Shown here: piece by piece, positions 27,181 to 36,165 of the stretch | How the letters are laid out: each line of letters starts with the position of its first letter | How positions within the stretch are numbered: position 1 is the stretch's first letter | Assembly: GCA_964447875.1 (NCBI GenBank) | Contig: CAYUUQ010000001.1 | Span: 1-41,251 of the forward strand | Direction of reading: 5' to 3' | Length of the DNA stretch: 41,251 nt | DNA from: an uncultured Methanosarcinales archaeon | Lineage (GTDB): Archaea > Nanobdellota > Nanobdellia > Woesearchaeales > DATDXC01 | Notes under the pieces: generated by a model | Database searches by the model: none | The model's input: only the letters and a program-made list of their open reading frames with translations | What the model was told of the DNA's origin: nothing | Program-made: the position numbers and the translations under genes

Positions 27181-28607
27181 CTATACTTATCCCCTATTTT
27201 TTCTTCAAAAATCTTTTTCAAATAAAAAAAATCACTCAAAAGAGTTTTATGTTTAAGGCCATATGATGTGCGTTTTAGTATAAATGGCAGTCTAAAATAA
27301 AATTCCTTATAGAATAGGTTATAATAATAAAAAATCTTTTCGGTTTTAAGATTTGGATGATTATAAATAGGTACCCGATTATTATGAAATTTATATAAAT
27401 TCCAGTCTTCTGTCAAAATTCTTTTTTCTTTTTTCCACCTATACCAATATTCCGTACCAGGATAGGGAATAAATATGGAAACTCTTGCAAAAGTTGGATC
27501 TAGTTTCTTTACAAAGGAGATAGTTTGCTTCATCGTTTCTTCGGTTTCTTCTGGATTTCCAAAAACACATAATGCATAAGTATCTATATCATATTTATTG
27601 GCTTTTTTAAAGGCTTTAATTGTCTGATTGATTTTAATATTCTTGTTTAATGAGTTAATAATCTTTTGTGAACCTGATTCCACACCAAAAGAAATACGAT
27701 AACAGCCTGCTTTTTTAGCATAATTGAGAAATTCATCATCAACACGATCAACCCGTATACCATTCTCCAGATTTAATGAAATATTCAGTTTTTGCTTTTT
27801 TATTTGGTAGCATATTCCTTTGGCTCTTCTTAAATTCTGGGTAAATGCATCATCAGTTAAGTGGATATCATTATAACCTAAGTCTTTTAGGTAATTTATT
27901 TCTTTTATTACGCGCGATATAGATTTTATTCTAAAAGTTGTTTCAAATTTCTGATTACAATATATGCACCTTTGATAATAAGGGCAACCTCTGCTTGTTT
28001 CAATGAACGCTATTGGGAAGTCTTTATGGAATGTTTTATAATATCTTGATTTTCTAATCATCTTTTTATCGATTAGATCCCATGATGGGATAGGTAAAGT
28101 ATCCAGATCTAAAATAACATTTCTATGTCCTGTTTTTATAATCTTTTTTCCTTTTTTATAATATATACCATTTATTTTATTTAATTTATTTCCCAAGATA
28201 ATCTCTTTTAGTGTATTGTCTCCTTCTCCAACAACAACTATATCCAATAGGGTTTGTTTTAAACAATATTCTGGTAGAGCAGAAACATGTGATCCACCAC
28301 CAATTAATAAGATATGTTTGTTAAATTTCTTTATTTTGGCAATTATTTTCTGAGCATTAAAAAAATTGGGTGTTTTAAAGGTTACCCCCACATGGGTTGG
28401 ATTGAACGACTGCAAGGTTTTGAATAGTTTCAAATTTGGATTTTCATATAGATTTAAGTCTAAGATTTTAACTTCATGACCAATTGTGCATATTGGTGCT
28501 GCTAAAACTGGCAAAGTTAACCCAGGAAAGTAATCTCCTTTAGCTAAAGACCCAGTGTAAGCATTTTCTGCCCCCCCTACTTCAACTAATAATATTTTTG
28601 ATTTCAT
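27174..28607 (-). CDS. Class B (cobalamin-binding domain) radical SAM enzyme with variant Cx5Cx2C motif
   Basis: LLIGGGSHVSALPE and VVVGEGDNT (B12-domain pattern). The cluster motif SRGCPYYQRCIYC was verified on the DNA at 27957-27986 as C-x5-C-x2-C. Confidence 0.8.
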   Translation of the reverse strand: MKSKILLVEVGGAENAYTGSLAKGDYFPGLTLPVLAAPICTIGHEVKILDLNLYENPNLKLFKTLQSFNPTHVGVTFKTPNFFNAQKIIAKIKKFNKHILLIGGGSHVSALPEYCLKQTLLDIVVVGEGDNTLKEIILGNKLNKINGIYYKKGKKIIKTGHRNVILDLDTLPIPSWDLIDKKMIRKSRYYKTFHKDFPIAFIETSRGCPYYQRCIYCNQKFETTFRIKSISRVIKEINYLKDLGYNDIHLTDDAFTQNLRRAKGICYQIKKQKLNISLNLENGIRVDRVDDEFLNYAKKAGCYRISFGVESGSQKIINSLNKNIKINQTIKAFKKANKYDIDTYALCVFGNPEETEETMKQTISFVKKLDPTFARVSIFIPYPGTEYWYRWKKEKRILTEDWNLYKFHNNRVPIYNHPNLKTEKIFYYYNLFYKEFYFRLPFILKRTSYGLKHKTLLSDFFYLKKIFEEKIGDKYRC

Positions 28608-28611
28608 TTTA

Positions 28612-29808
28612 TTATATGTTAATTAAATATTTAATAAAGGATTTTAGTAGCATAAATAAATCTAAAACGTTATTGTTTTTTATTGTTTTTGTCATCCATT
28701 TTAACCTTAAATAGAATCTTTTTGTCATTAGCTTTGATTCTGCCATACCACATATTTTGGAATTTTTATAATCCGTAAAGGGCACTATAGATACATAATC
28801 TGGATCCAACCCTTTGAGAATAGAATAATCATAATTTATGTCTTCTTTTTTTTGACTCGAAAACCCAACTATCATATAAGCTAATGTTTTTATTTGATAT
28901 TTTCTGCATAATCTAAAAGCATTTTTTATACTTAAAATATTTTGATTTTTATTCATTTTAGACAGTATGTCCTTAGAAAAAGACTCTACACCTAATTGAA
29001 TAAGTTTACAACCTGAATCGTTTAATTTCCTAAGTATATCTTTATCTAGATGATCGCATCTTGTTTGAATGAAATATCTGAATTTTGGATTGAAAGAGAG
29101 TAATAGATTACAGATTTTCAAAGCAAATTTTTTGTCTATTAAAAAATCTAAGTCAATAAACATGATGTTTTTTATTCCGAGCTTATGTAAACTTAATAAT
29201 TCTTTTTTTACTTGATATATTGATTTTTTTATATATTTCGGATACATTAGTTTATTACAGAATTTGCATTTGTATGGGCAGCCCCTAGTTGTTTCAATTA
29301 AGAAAAATTTTCCAGAAAATAATGGAAAGGTATAGTTGGTGTTCTTTACTAAAGAATAATCTGGAAGGAGAAGATTATTAATTTCGGTTCCGACCCGTTC
29401 TTTTCGTTTCAATATGAACTTATTTATAAGATTATAAACATTTATTTCTGGATTTGATTTGATGAAGAATTCATTTTTAGCATGTTTTTTGGGATTATGT
29501 GGCCCAATAAAGAAAAAATAACTATCTGGATTATTTTTCCTCAAGATATTTTTGAATTCTAAAAATGAGAAATCTATTTGAGGGCATTGCCATCTATCAA
29601 GAGAGGCTGAAGATATTATAAATATGTCTGATTTCAAACTATTCCAAAAATTTGACCTTGCTTTTATTTTCTTTATATTAGCATCTATTAGTGAAATATA
29701 AAAGAACCCTGCCTTTTTAAGTAAAGAAGAAACGTATAATAAACTTAAAGGAGGGTAATCTTTATTAATTTGACCAATATTAGAATAATCTATAAAAGGA
29801 TTGATCAA
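28612..29808 (-). CDS. Class B (cobalamin-binding domain) radical SAM enzyme
   Basis: YPPLSLLYVSSLL in the N-terminal domain, then TTRGCPYKCKFC. TTG start (no ATG is available before an upstream in-frame TAG at 29833-29835). Confidence 0.8.
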   Translation of the reverse strand: MINPFIDYSNIGQINKDYPPLSLLYVSSLLKKAGFFYISLIDANIKKIKARSNFWNSLKSDIFIISSASLDRWQCPQIDFSFLEFKNILRKNNPDSYFFFIGPHNPKKHAKNEFFIKSNPEINVYNLINKFILKRKERVGTEINNLLLPDYSLVKNTNYTFPLFSGKFFLIETTRGCPYKCKFCNKLMYPKYIKKSIYQVKKELLSLHKLGIKNIMFIDLDFLIDKKFALKICNLLLSFNPKFRYFIQTRCDHLDKDILRKLNDSGCKLIQLGVESFSKDILSKMNKNQNILSIKNAFRLCRKYQIKTLAYMIVGFSSQKKEDINYDYSILKGLDPDYVSIVPFTDYKNSKICGMAESKLMTKRFYLRLKWMTKTIKNNNVLDLFMLLKSFIKYLINI

Positions 29809-29844
29809 TGTTACTTTTTTTTGGTTATATTTCTATATCCCCTT

Positions 29845-31494
29845 TTAAACATTTTTCACCAAATAATTACCAATTGCTAAATAATCCAATTTAGCTTCTT
29901 TAAAAGCCGCTATAGCGTCATTAGGGGTACAAACAATGGGTTCTTCGTGTAGATTGAAGATTGTAATTAATATTTAACATTTTCCAGTGATCTTCCTAAA
30001 TTCATCTAAAATCTTATAATATGGTGGATTATCTTCCTTTGACAGTATTTGTGGTCTTGCGGTTCCATCTATATGAGTTACTCCCGGACATTCTTCTTTC
30101 ATTTTTGGCTTACAATCGAAAGATATGTTCATATATTTTGAAGTTAATTTAGCTTTTTTTAGGTCGTAATAATATTTGTCAGCAAATTTTTTGATAGTTG
30201 TTGGTGCAAATGGCATAAAATTGGTTCTTTTTAATTTCTTATTTAACCATATTCTTACAGTATTGTCATCTGGCAGGCAGAGTATAGATCTATTTCCTAA
30301 TGCTCTAGGACCATACTCTAATGCTCCATTAAATCTTGCTATAATTTTTCCTTTTGACAGTAATTCTGCTACTTGATATTCGATATTGGTTAATTTCTCA
30401 TAAAATATCCCTTTTTTATCTAATGTCTTCTTAATCTGCTCGTCTGAAAAATCTGGACCTAGGTAGATTGTGTCCATTGGTGCATGAGGTATTCTTATTC
30501 TTTTATTCAACCAACATAAACCAGCACCCATACTTAAACCGACATCATTCATAGCTGGATGGATGTATACTTGTTTGACTTTATCTAATTGAGATAATCT
30601 TTGATTTAGTTTAACGTTGGAAAATACCCCACCAGATAAAGAAAGATTATTTGATCCATATTCGTCTAAAAGATTAGAGGTATAATCACAAAAAATCTTC
30701 TCGAATAATAACTGTAATGTGTGTGCTACATCTTCTTTCTTAAATGTAGCTAAGAATGATTTTAATTTAGGATAATTATTAAAAAAAGTTCTAGAAAGAA
30801 GGAAGGTGTTTTGTTTATTATCTAGATAAAATATTCTTTTTAATTTTTTAAATAATCTCTTATTGGGTTTACCATAGGCAGCTAGACCTGTTACCTTACC
30901 TACCTCTTTCATTGGATCGAAACCCAATAATTCAGCAATTCCTCCATAAAATAGTCCAGGCGAATTAAGTGGTGACGAAGTTTTAATAATTTTATAGGTA
31001 TTATTTTGACATAATGATGTTGTTGAAGAATGATAATCCCCGACTGCGTCGGCTGTTAAAGTTATTGCTTTATTAAATCCAGAAGTAAAGTATGCATTAC
31101 ATAAGTGGCATTCGTGATGGGGCAATGTTTCTTTAAAAGAGATTGGTATTTTATTTAAAAGTGTATTAACTTCCCTAATTTTATTATTATTAAATAATAT
31201 TTCACTATATTTTACTCTCATATATTCTAAAAAAGTAAAACACGAATCTTTTTTATTTTTTAAGAGCATATTAACAAATCTATGAGGATTATTTTGACTA
31301 GAATATATTGTTCTATGAATATTATATCTTTCCTTTAAAAGTTTAATAGATAAAGAAGGCTTACCTGAGTCCAGCTTCTTTCTAGACAAATTTTCATTTG
31401 CTAAAGAAAATAATATTTTGCCATTAGAATCAAATAATGTGGAGGAGTTATTTTGGCCATCATTTATACTTAATATGTATTTTTTAAAATTCAT
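29845..31494 (-). pseudogene. Carbamoyltransferase (NodU/CmcH family) with an in-frame TAA at 29974-29976
   Basis: LPHHECHLCNAYF, LEYGPRALGNRSILC and FMPFAPT. After ...KITGKC-TAA the same frame continues ILITIFNLHEEPIVCTPNDAIAAFKEAKLDYLAIGNYLVKNV-TAA. This aligns with the C-terminus of the intact paralogue (VLNTSFNIHGYPLVMSPENAIE...GKLVMGNFLVEIK). Confidence 0.85.
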
Positions 31495-31518
31495 TTTATA
31501 ACTTTCAAATAGTTTTAT

Positions 31519-31527
31519 TTTATATAA
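31519..31527 (-). promoter_or_regulatory. TATA-like box (TTATATAAA on minus strand) upstream of the carbamoyltransferase start at 31494
   Basis: Centre lies about 29 nt upstream of the ATG at 31494, inside an 84-nt gap in an otherwise tightly packed minus-strand block. Confidence 0.25.
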
Positions 31528-31578
31528 TTTTCGAAGACACCTTTGCTTAATGAGATATAACCTTCAATAACATCTTAG

Positions 31579-32280
31579 TTAACTATACCTGATTCTAAAG
31601 CGCCAAAGTGAAAGTAATTGTTCGTATGATGTGCTAAAAATATTAAGGCTTGATTTTCCTTTTTCTTCCCAACATAAAGGTAATTCCTTTATGGTGTATT
31701 TCCTCTTTCTTGCCTCTAACATAAACTCAAGATCCCACGGCCAACCATTACTTTTAATTTCTCCATTTATACTAATAAAAATGTCCTTTCTAAATGCCTT
31801 AAGTCCTACATCAGTATCATGAATTCTTAGTTTTGGAAAAATAATCCTGACTAAAGTAATATATATTTTACTTAGCATAGATCTATAAAATTTCCTTTTT
31901 ATTCTTGAATTCGGCATATATCTAGATGCAATAACAATATCATATTTCTTAAGGGTGTGTATCATTTTTTCTATTATCCTTAAATCTATAGTTAAAGGAA
32001 TATCTACGTCCATGAATAGTACCCTAGTTCCTTTAATTGAACTACAGGTTCTTTTTAATGCGTGACCCCTTCCCTTGTTTTTATTATTATTAATAAATTT
32101 TATATTGTTATTTATGTTAGAAAGTTTTTTTATGATATCAAAAGACTTATCTGTTGAACCATCATTTGATAATATTATTTCATTTTTTAAGTTTAATCTC
32201 TTCATGTAATTTACTAAAGTAAGTATATTTTTCTCTAATTTATCTTCCTCATTATAAACAGGAATTACAATCGAAATCAT
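31579..32280 (-). CDS. GT2 family glycosyltransferase, polyprenyl-phosphate sugar synthase-like (DPM1/ArnC-like)
   Basis: ISIVIPVYNEE, LSNDGSTDKS and FMDVDIP. I place the start at the ATG at 32280, which forms an ATGA overlap with the SDR stop and gives the family-typical N-terminus MISIVIPVYNEE. The ORF track extends to 32346. Confidence 0.8.
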   Translation of the reverse strand: MISIVIPVYNEEDKLEKNILTLVNYMKRLNLKNEIILSNDGSTDKSFDIIKKLSNINNNIKFINNNKNKGRGHALKRTCSSIKGTRVLFMDVDIPLTIDLRIIEKMIHTLKKYDIVIASRYMPNSRIKRKFYRSMLSKIYITLVRIIFPKLRIHDTDVGLKAFRKDIFISINGEIKSNGWPWDLEFMLEARKRKYTIKELPLCWEEKGKSSLNIFSTSYEQLLSLWRFRIRYS

Positions 32281-33176
32281 TTTGTATTTTTGTACCAATT
32301 GATATATTTTTTCATTCCTTCTAAGAAAGTTGTTTTTGGTTGCCAATTAAGGTCTATTTTTGCTTTTTCTGAAGATACTGTTTTTCCTTTATAGTCTCCT
32401 TCTCTAGCTTCTTTATGTATTATTTCTACGTCGCCCATGTTAGATTTTATTGTTTCTGCCACTTGTTTTATCGATATTGGTTCAGTTCCATCGAGATTAT
32501 AGATTTTGTTTTTAGCTAACTCATTTAGGGCTAAAACATTTCCTTCTGCTAAATCTTCAACATAAATAAAGTTTCTATATTGTTTTCCGCTGCCATTAAT
32601 TGTTAATGGTTCTTTATTTATTGCCTTTCTTACAAAAATAGGTATAACTGTGGTTTCCCTTGCTCTTGGGCCATAAGGAATACCATATCTTAAAATTGTA
32701 AAATCTTGATCGTATAATTCTTTATAATCATGACAAAATAACTCTCCTGCTATTTTAGTTGAAGTATATATATGTCCTGCTCCAGGCATATGGAAAGGAC
32801 TTTTTTCATCTACGTTTTCTTCTTTTGAACCTGCATAAACCCATACAGTACTTGCAAATATTACTCTTTTAATATTATTTACTCTTGCGGCTTCTAGAAT
32901 ATTTATTGTTCCGGTACTGTTTAAATTAATACATTTTATTGGATCTTTGTATGCTTTGTTTACATTAGAAACAGCTGCTAAGTGATATATAACATCAATA
33001 TTCTTTGTTGCCTCTTTTAATTTATTAAAATCTAGAATATCTCCATTAATATGATTAAGCGGTTGCTTATATGGTTCTGCTAAGTCAAAAGTGGTAACAT
33101 TATGGTTTTCTTCCGCTAGTTTATCTACTACATGGCTTCCTATAAATCCATTTCCACCGGTTACAAGTATATTCAT
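32277..33176 (-). CDS. Extended SDR NAD-dependent sugar-nucleotide epimerase/dehydratase/decarboxylase
   Basis: ILVTGGNGFIGSH (GxxGxxG) and YTSTK (YxxxK). The 299 aa length is typical of UDP-sugar 4-epimerase or UDP-GlcA decarboxylase-like enzymes. Confidence 0.9.
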   Translation of the reverse strand: MNILVTGGNGFIGSHVVDKLAEENHNVTTFDLAEPYKQPLNHINGDILDFNKLKEATKNIDVIYHLAAVSNVNKAYKDPIKCINLNSTGTINILEAARVNNIKRVIFASTVWVYAGSKEENVDEKSPFHMPGAGHIYTSTKIAGELFCHDYKELYDQDFTILRYGIPYGPRARETTVIPIFVRKAINKEPLTINGSGKQYRNFIYVEDLAEGNVLALNELAKNKIYNLDGTEPISIKQVAETIKSNMGDVEIIHKEAREGDYKGKTVSSEKAKIDLNWQPKTTFLEGMKKYINWYKNTK

Positions 33177-34282
33177 TTTAATTCCACCTTTAATGATTTA
33201 ATAACATAATTTATTTCTTCTTCACCCATGCTTGGGTAGATAGGTAAACAAATATGATCGCCACAGTGTTGTTCTGCTGATTGGAAATCTCCTTCCTTAT
33301 AACCTAGATCATCAAAAATTGGTTGTAAATGACATGGTTTTTCATATACTTCGCCAGTTAAGGATATGTTATATTTTTGTTTCATTTTATCTTTCAGTTC
33401 TTTTCTTTTTTTATTTGTTAAAAAGCAAATATATTTGTAATAATTGGATTTATTATTATCATTTATTTTTAATAATTTTAGATTTTGCGTATTTGCTATT
33501 TTTTCATCATATATTTTTGCAATGTCTCTTCTTTCTTTTATTAGATTATCCAATTTACCTAGTTGAGAAAGCCCAACTATGGCGTTTAGTTCACTCATAC
33601 GCCAGTTATATCCTAATTTTGTGTGCGTATTTCCTGGACCAGACATACCTTGATTCCTATAAATCAAAGAATTTTCATATAGCTCTTTGTTGTTTGTTAA
33701 AACAACGCCCCCTTCTGCAGAAGTCATTACTTTTGTTGCAAAAAATGAAAAAGCTGCTGCATCACCAAAAGAACCCGCTTTTTTATCATCTAAAGTAGAA
33801 CCTTGAGCATGAGCAGCATCTTCAATTAGAAAAATTCCTTTATTTTCACATAATTCTTTTATTTGATTTATTTCTGGTGTTACTATACCCCCAATATGGA
33901 CAACAACTACTGCTTTTGTTTTATCTGTTATTTGTTGTTTTATTGTTTTTTCATTAACGCACAAGCTTTTGTCACAGTCTGCAAACTTAACTTTATTTCC
34001 TGAGTGTAAAACTGCTGCAGGTGTTGCAAAAAATGTATTGGTAGGTACGATTATTTCTTCATTTTTGAGGTTTAATGACCTAAATATTATCTCTAAAGCA
34101 GATGTTCCGCTGTTTGTTGCGGTCCCGTATTTGGTGTTAGTGTAAGAAGAAAATTTATCTTCAAATTCTCTGACATATTTACCTAATGATAAAAATCCTG
34201 ATGAGAGAACTTCATCTATTTTATCTTTTATATCTTTTTTTTCTTCTTCTGTGAATATTATTTTTACTGGAGGTATTTTCAT
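33173..34282 (-). CDS. DegT/DnrJ/EryC1/StrS family PLP-dependent sugar aminotransferase (ArnB-like)
   Basis: NSGTSALEI, EDAAHAQGS and SFFATKVMTSAEGG (PLP lysine context). ATGA overlap with the SDR gene. Confidence 0.9.
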   Translation of the reverse strand: MKIPPVKIIFTEEEKKDIKDKIDEVLSSGFLSLGKYVREFEDKFSSYTNTKYGTATNSGTSALEIIFRSLNLKNEEIIVPTNTFFATPAAVLHSGNKVKFADCDKSLCVNEKTIKQQITDKTKAVVVVHIGGIVTPEINQIKELCENKGIFLIEDAAHAQGSTLDDKKAGSFGDAAAFSFFATKVMTSAEGGVVLTNNKELYENSLIYRNQGMSGPGNTHTKLGYNWRMSELNAIVGLSQLGKLDNLIKERRDIAKIYDEKIANTQNLKLLKINDNNKSNYYKYICFLTNKKRKELKDKMKQKYNISLTGEVYEKPCHLQPIFDDLGYKEGDFQSAEQHCGDHICLPIYPSMGEEEINYVIKSLKVELK

Positions 34283-34369
34283 TAAAGAAAGAAAGAAATA
34301 GGGTTACTTATAAATTTATCTGATAGGATAAATATCTATTATAGAATATAGAAAAGGTTATATAAAAAG

Positions 34370-36163
34370 ATGAGTATGGATTATAAGAAGAAAGTGGTTA
34401 AAAAGAATTTAGGAAATTATTTGAGTTTGACTTTTATATTAGTTATATCATTCTTATTCACAATTCCTTTATTAGAAAATATAAACAATGATATGTATGA
34501 TGAGGATTGGTTTCAATTTTCATCGCATAATCTGAATTCTAGAAAATCTATAATTGAATATAAACAACTTCCTTTGTGGTCCCCTTTCTTGGGGGGTGGA
34601 TTTCCAATAATTGGACATCCCCAAGATATGACACTTAGTCCATTATTTCTTTTCATATTAATATTTGGTGAAACAGTTGGATTAAAACTGATAATAATTC
34701 TTATTTACTTGTCAAGTGCGTTAGGAACATATCTTTTCAGTAAAAAGGTATTGTGCTTCTCTCAATTAACAAGTTCATTTGTTGCTCTCTCTTTTGTTTT
34801 AAGTAGTTATTTACCATATCAACTTTCTGATGGTAACTTTCATTGTGAACCATTTCTTTTATTGTTGCCCCTATTGCTTTACTTATATGAAAAATCAATT
34901 AATAACAAAAAATTTATTTTTTTCAGTGCATTTTTATTGGCTATAATGTTATTTTCTGGGGCTTTTGCTTTTTTATACATATTTCTTGCTTTCTTCATGT
35001 ACTGTCTTTTCAGTCAAATATTTTGTGCAAAAAAAAAGTACTTCAAAACGTTTTGTATTATCTTTATTTCCTTATTATTTATTGGATCAATAAAGATTCT
35101 GCCTACTTTGGAAATATTATCAAATAAAGGCGCCTGTATGAGTGACCCTTTAGATTCAAATCCCCATGCAAGTACGATTTGCAAAGAGAATATAAACACG
35201 GTGCCCCCCAACTACCTAAGTTATTCTAATCTTGTAAACTCTTATTTATCAAAAAGTTTTCCTTATCATTCTACTACTTACACCGGAATAATTCCAATAA
35301 CATTTTTTATTTTAGGATTATTTTTTATAAGAAAGAATATAATAAAATTTCTATTGTTATTTTTGTTATTTTTGTTATTACTTCTAGGAAATAATTTTGT
35401 GATCAATATTCATCATCTTTTTTCATATATCCCATTATATAATTTAGTAATTAAATTGAACAAATATATTCCCCCAATAATATTATTTTTCTTTTGTATT
35501 ATTTCAGGAAATTTTTTAAATAAAATATATTTAAAAATAAAAAATAAAAAATTATTGATTTCATTAATAACCTTACTAGTTTTATCTTCTATATTTTGGC
35601 AGTTTTATTCAAATATTGGGACACAATCTAATCTTTTTATATACCCTAAACAAAAAGTAAACCTTAAAAATAATTTTTATCAAACACGTATAATTACTAC
35701 TTCAAGAGTAAACATAGAAACATCAAAAAATCAATATTATAATATTAGAAAAGGTATTGGAACAATTAATTGGTATAGTAGCATAATATTAGATGAAAAC
35801 ACGATACCCAAATATTTTGTTTATAAAAATAGTAGTTTAATGGAAAACCAGAAATATTTAGGTGAAGTTTACTTTATAAATAGAAAAAATAAGGCGTATA
35901 TGAAATATTTTAGTCCGAATAAGATGATTATTGATGTAAAAATATCAAAACCCGATACATTGATTATAAATCAAAATTATAATAAATATTGGAAAACCGA
36001 TTGTGGAAAATTGTTTGATAAGGGGGGATTATTAGCAATTGAAATGGATACGCAATGTAAATCAGTGAAAATATGGTTTACCCCTGTATTGTTTTTTATA
36101 GGGTTGGGAATCAGCCTAGTTACTTTAGTTATATACATTATTTTCATTATTAAAAAAGAATAA
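34370..36163 (+). CDS. Polytopic membrane protein, GT-C-like (YfhO-like topology) with extracytoplasmic domain and C-terminal TM anchor
   Basis: 597 aa. Acidic first loop NDMYDEDWFQF, then LPLWSPFLGGGFPIIGHPQ and about 12 helices. A soluble domain of about 170 aa precedes a final helix VLFFIGLGISLVTLVIYIIFII. The family call is by pattern only. Confidence 0.45.
   Translation: MSMDYKKKVVKKNLGNYLSLTFILVISFLFTIPLLENINNDMYDEDWFQFSSHNLNSRKSIIEYKQLPLWSPFLGGGFPIIGHPQDMTLSPLFLFILIFGETVGLKLIIILIYLSSALGTYLFSKKVLCFSQLTSSFVALSFVLSSYLPYQLSDGNFHCEPFLLLLPLLLYLYEKSINNKKFIFFSAFLLAIMLFSGAFAFLYIFLAFFMYCLFSQIFCAKKKYFKTFCIIFISLLFIGSIKILPTLEILSNKGACMSDPLDSNPHASTICKENINTVPPNYLSYSNLVNSYLSKSFPYHSTTYTGIIPITFFILGLFFIRKNIIKFLLLFLLFLLLLLGNNFVINIHHLFSYIPLYNLVIKLNKYIPPIILFFFCIISGNFLNKIYLKIKNKKLLISLITLLVLSSIFWQFYSNIGTQSNLFIYPKQKVNLKNNFYQTRIITTSRVNIETSKNQYYNIRKGIGTINWYSSIILDENTIPKYFVYKNSSLMENQKYLGEVYFINRKNKAYMKYFSPNKMIIDVKISKPDTLIINQNYNKYWKTDCGKLFDKGGLLAIEMDTQCKSVKIWFTPVLFFIGLGISLVTLVIYIIFIIKKE
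35353..35379 (+). repeat. In-frame 9-bp tandem repeat (TTGTTATTT x2 + TTGTTATTA) inside the membrane protein gene
   Basis: Read directly at 35353-35361, 35362-35370 and 35371-35379. It encodes LLF-LLF-LLL within a TM helix. Confidence 0.85.
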
Positions 36164-36165
36164 AC

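Noticed and set aside
28571-28577. C7 (G7 on the coding strand) homopolymer near the 5-prime end of rSAM gene 27174..28607, considered as a phase-variation tract.
   Set aside because: It encodes Gly-Gly-Ala (GTA GGG GGG GCA). Similar 6-mers elsewhere (369-374, 9894-9899, 34591-34596, 36022-36027, 23552-23557) also just encode GG or PP. Seven bases is shorter than typical contingency tracts.
32281-32346. 22-codon N-terminal extension of the GT2 gene that overlaps the SDR gene by 70 nt.
   Set aside because: The internal ATG at 32280 gives the family-typical N-terminus MISIVIPVYNEE and a classic ATGA overlap with the SDR stop. The longer form is therefore unlikely.
33319-33798. 159-aa plus-strand ORF.
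   Set aside because: It is antisense to the well-supported DegT aminotransferase gene and is a low-complexity L/F/Y-rich shadow ORF.
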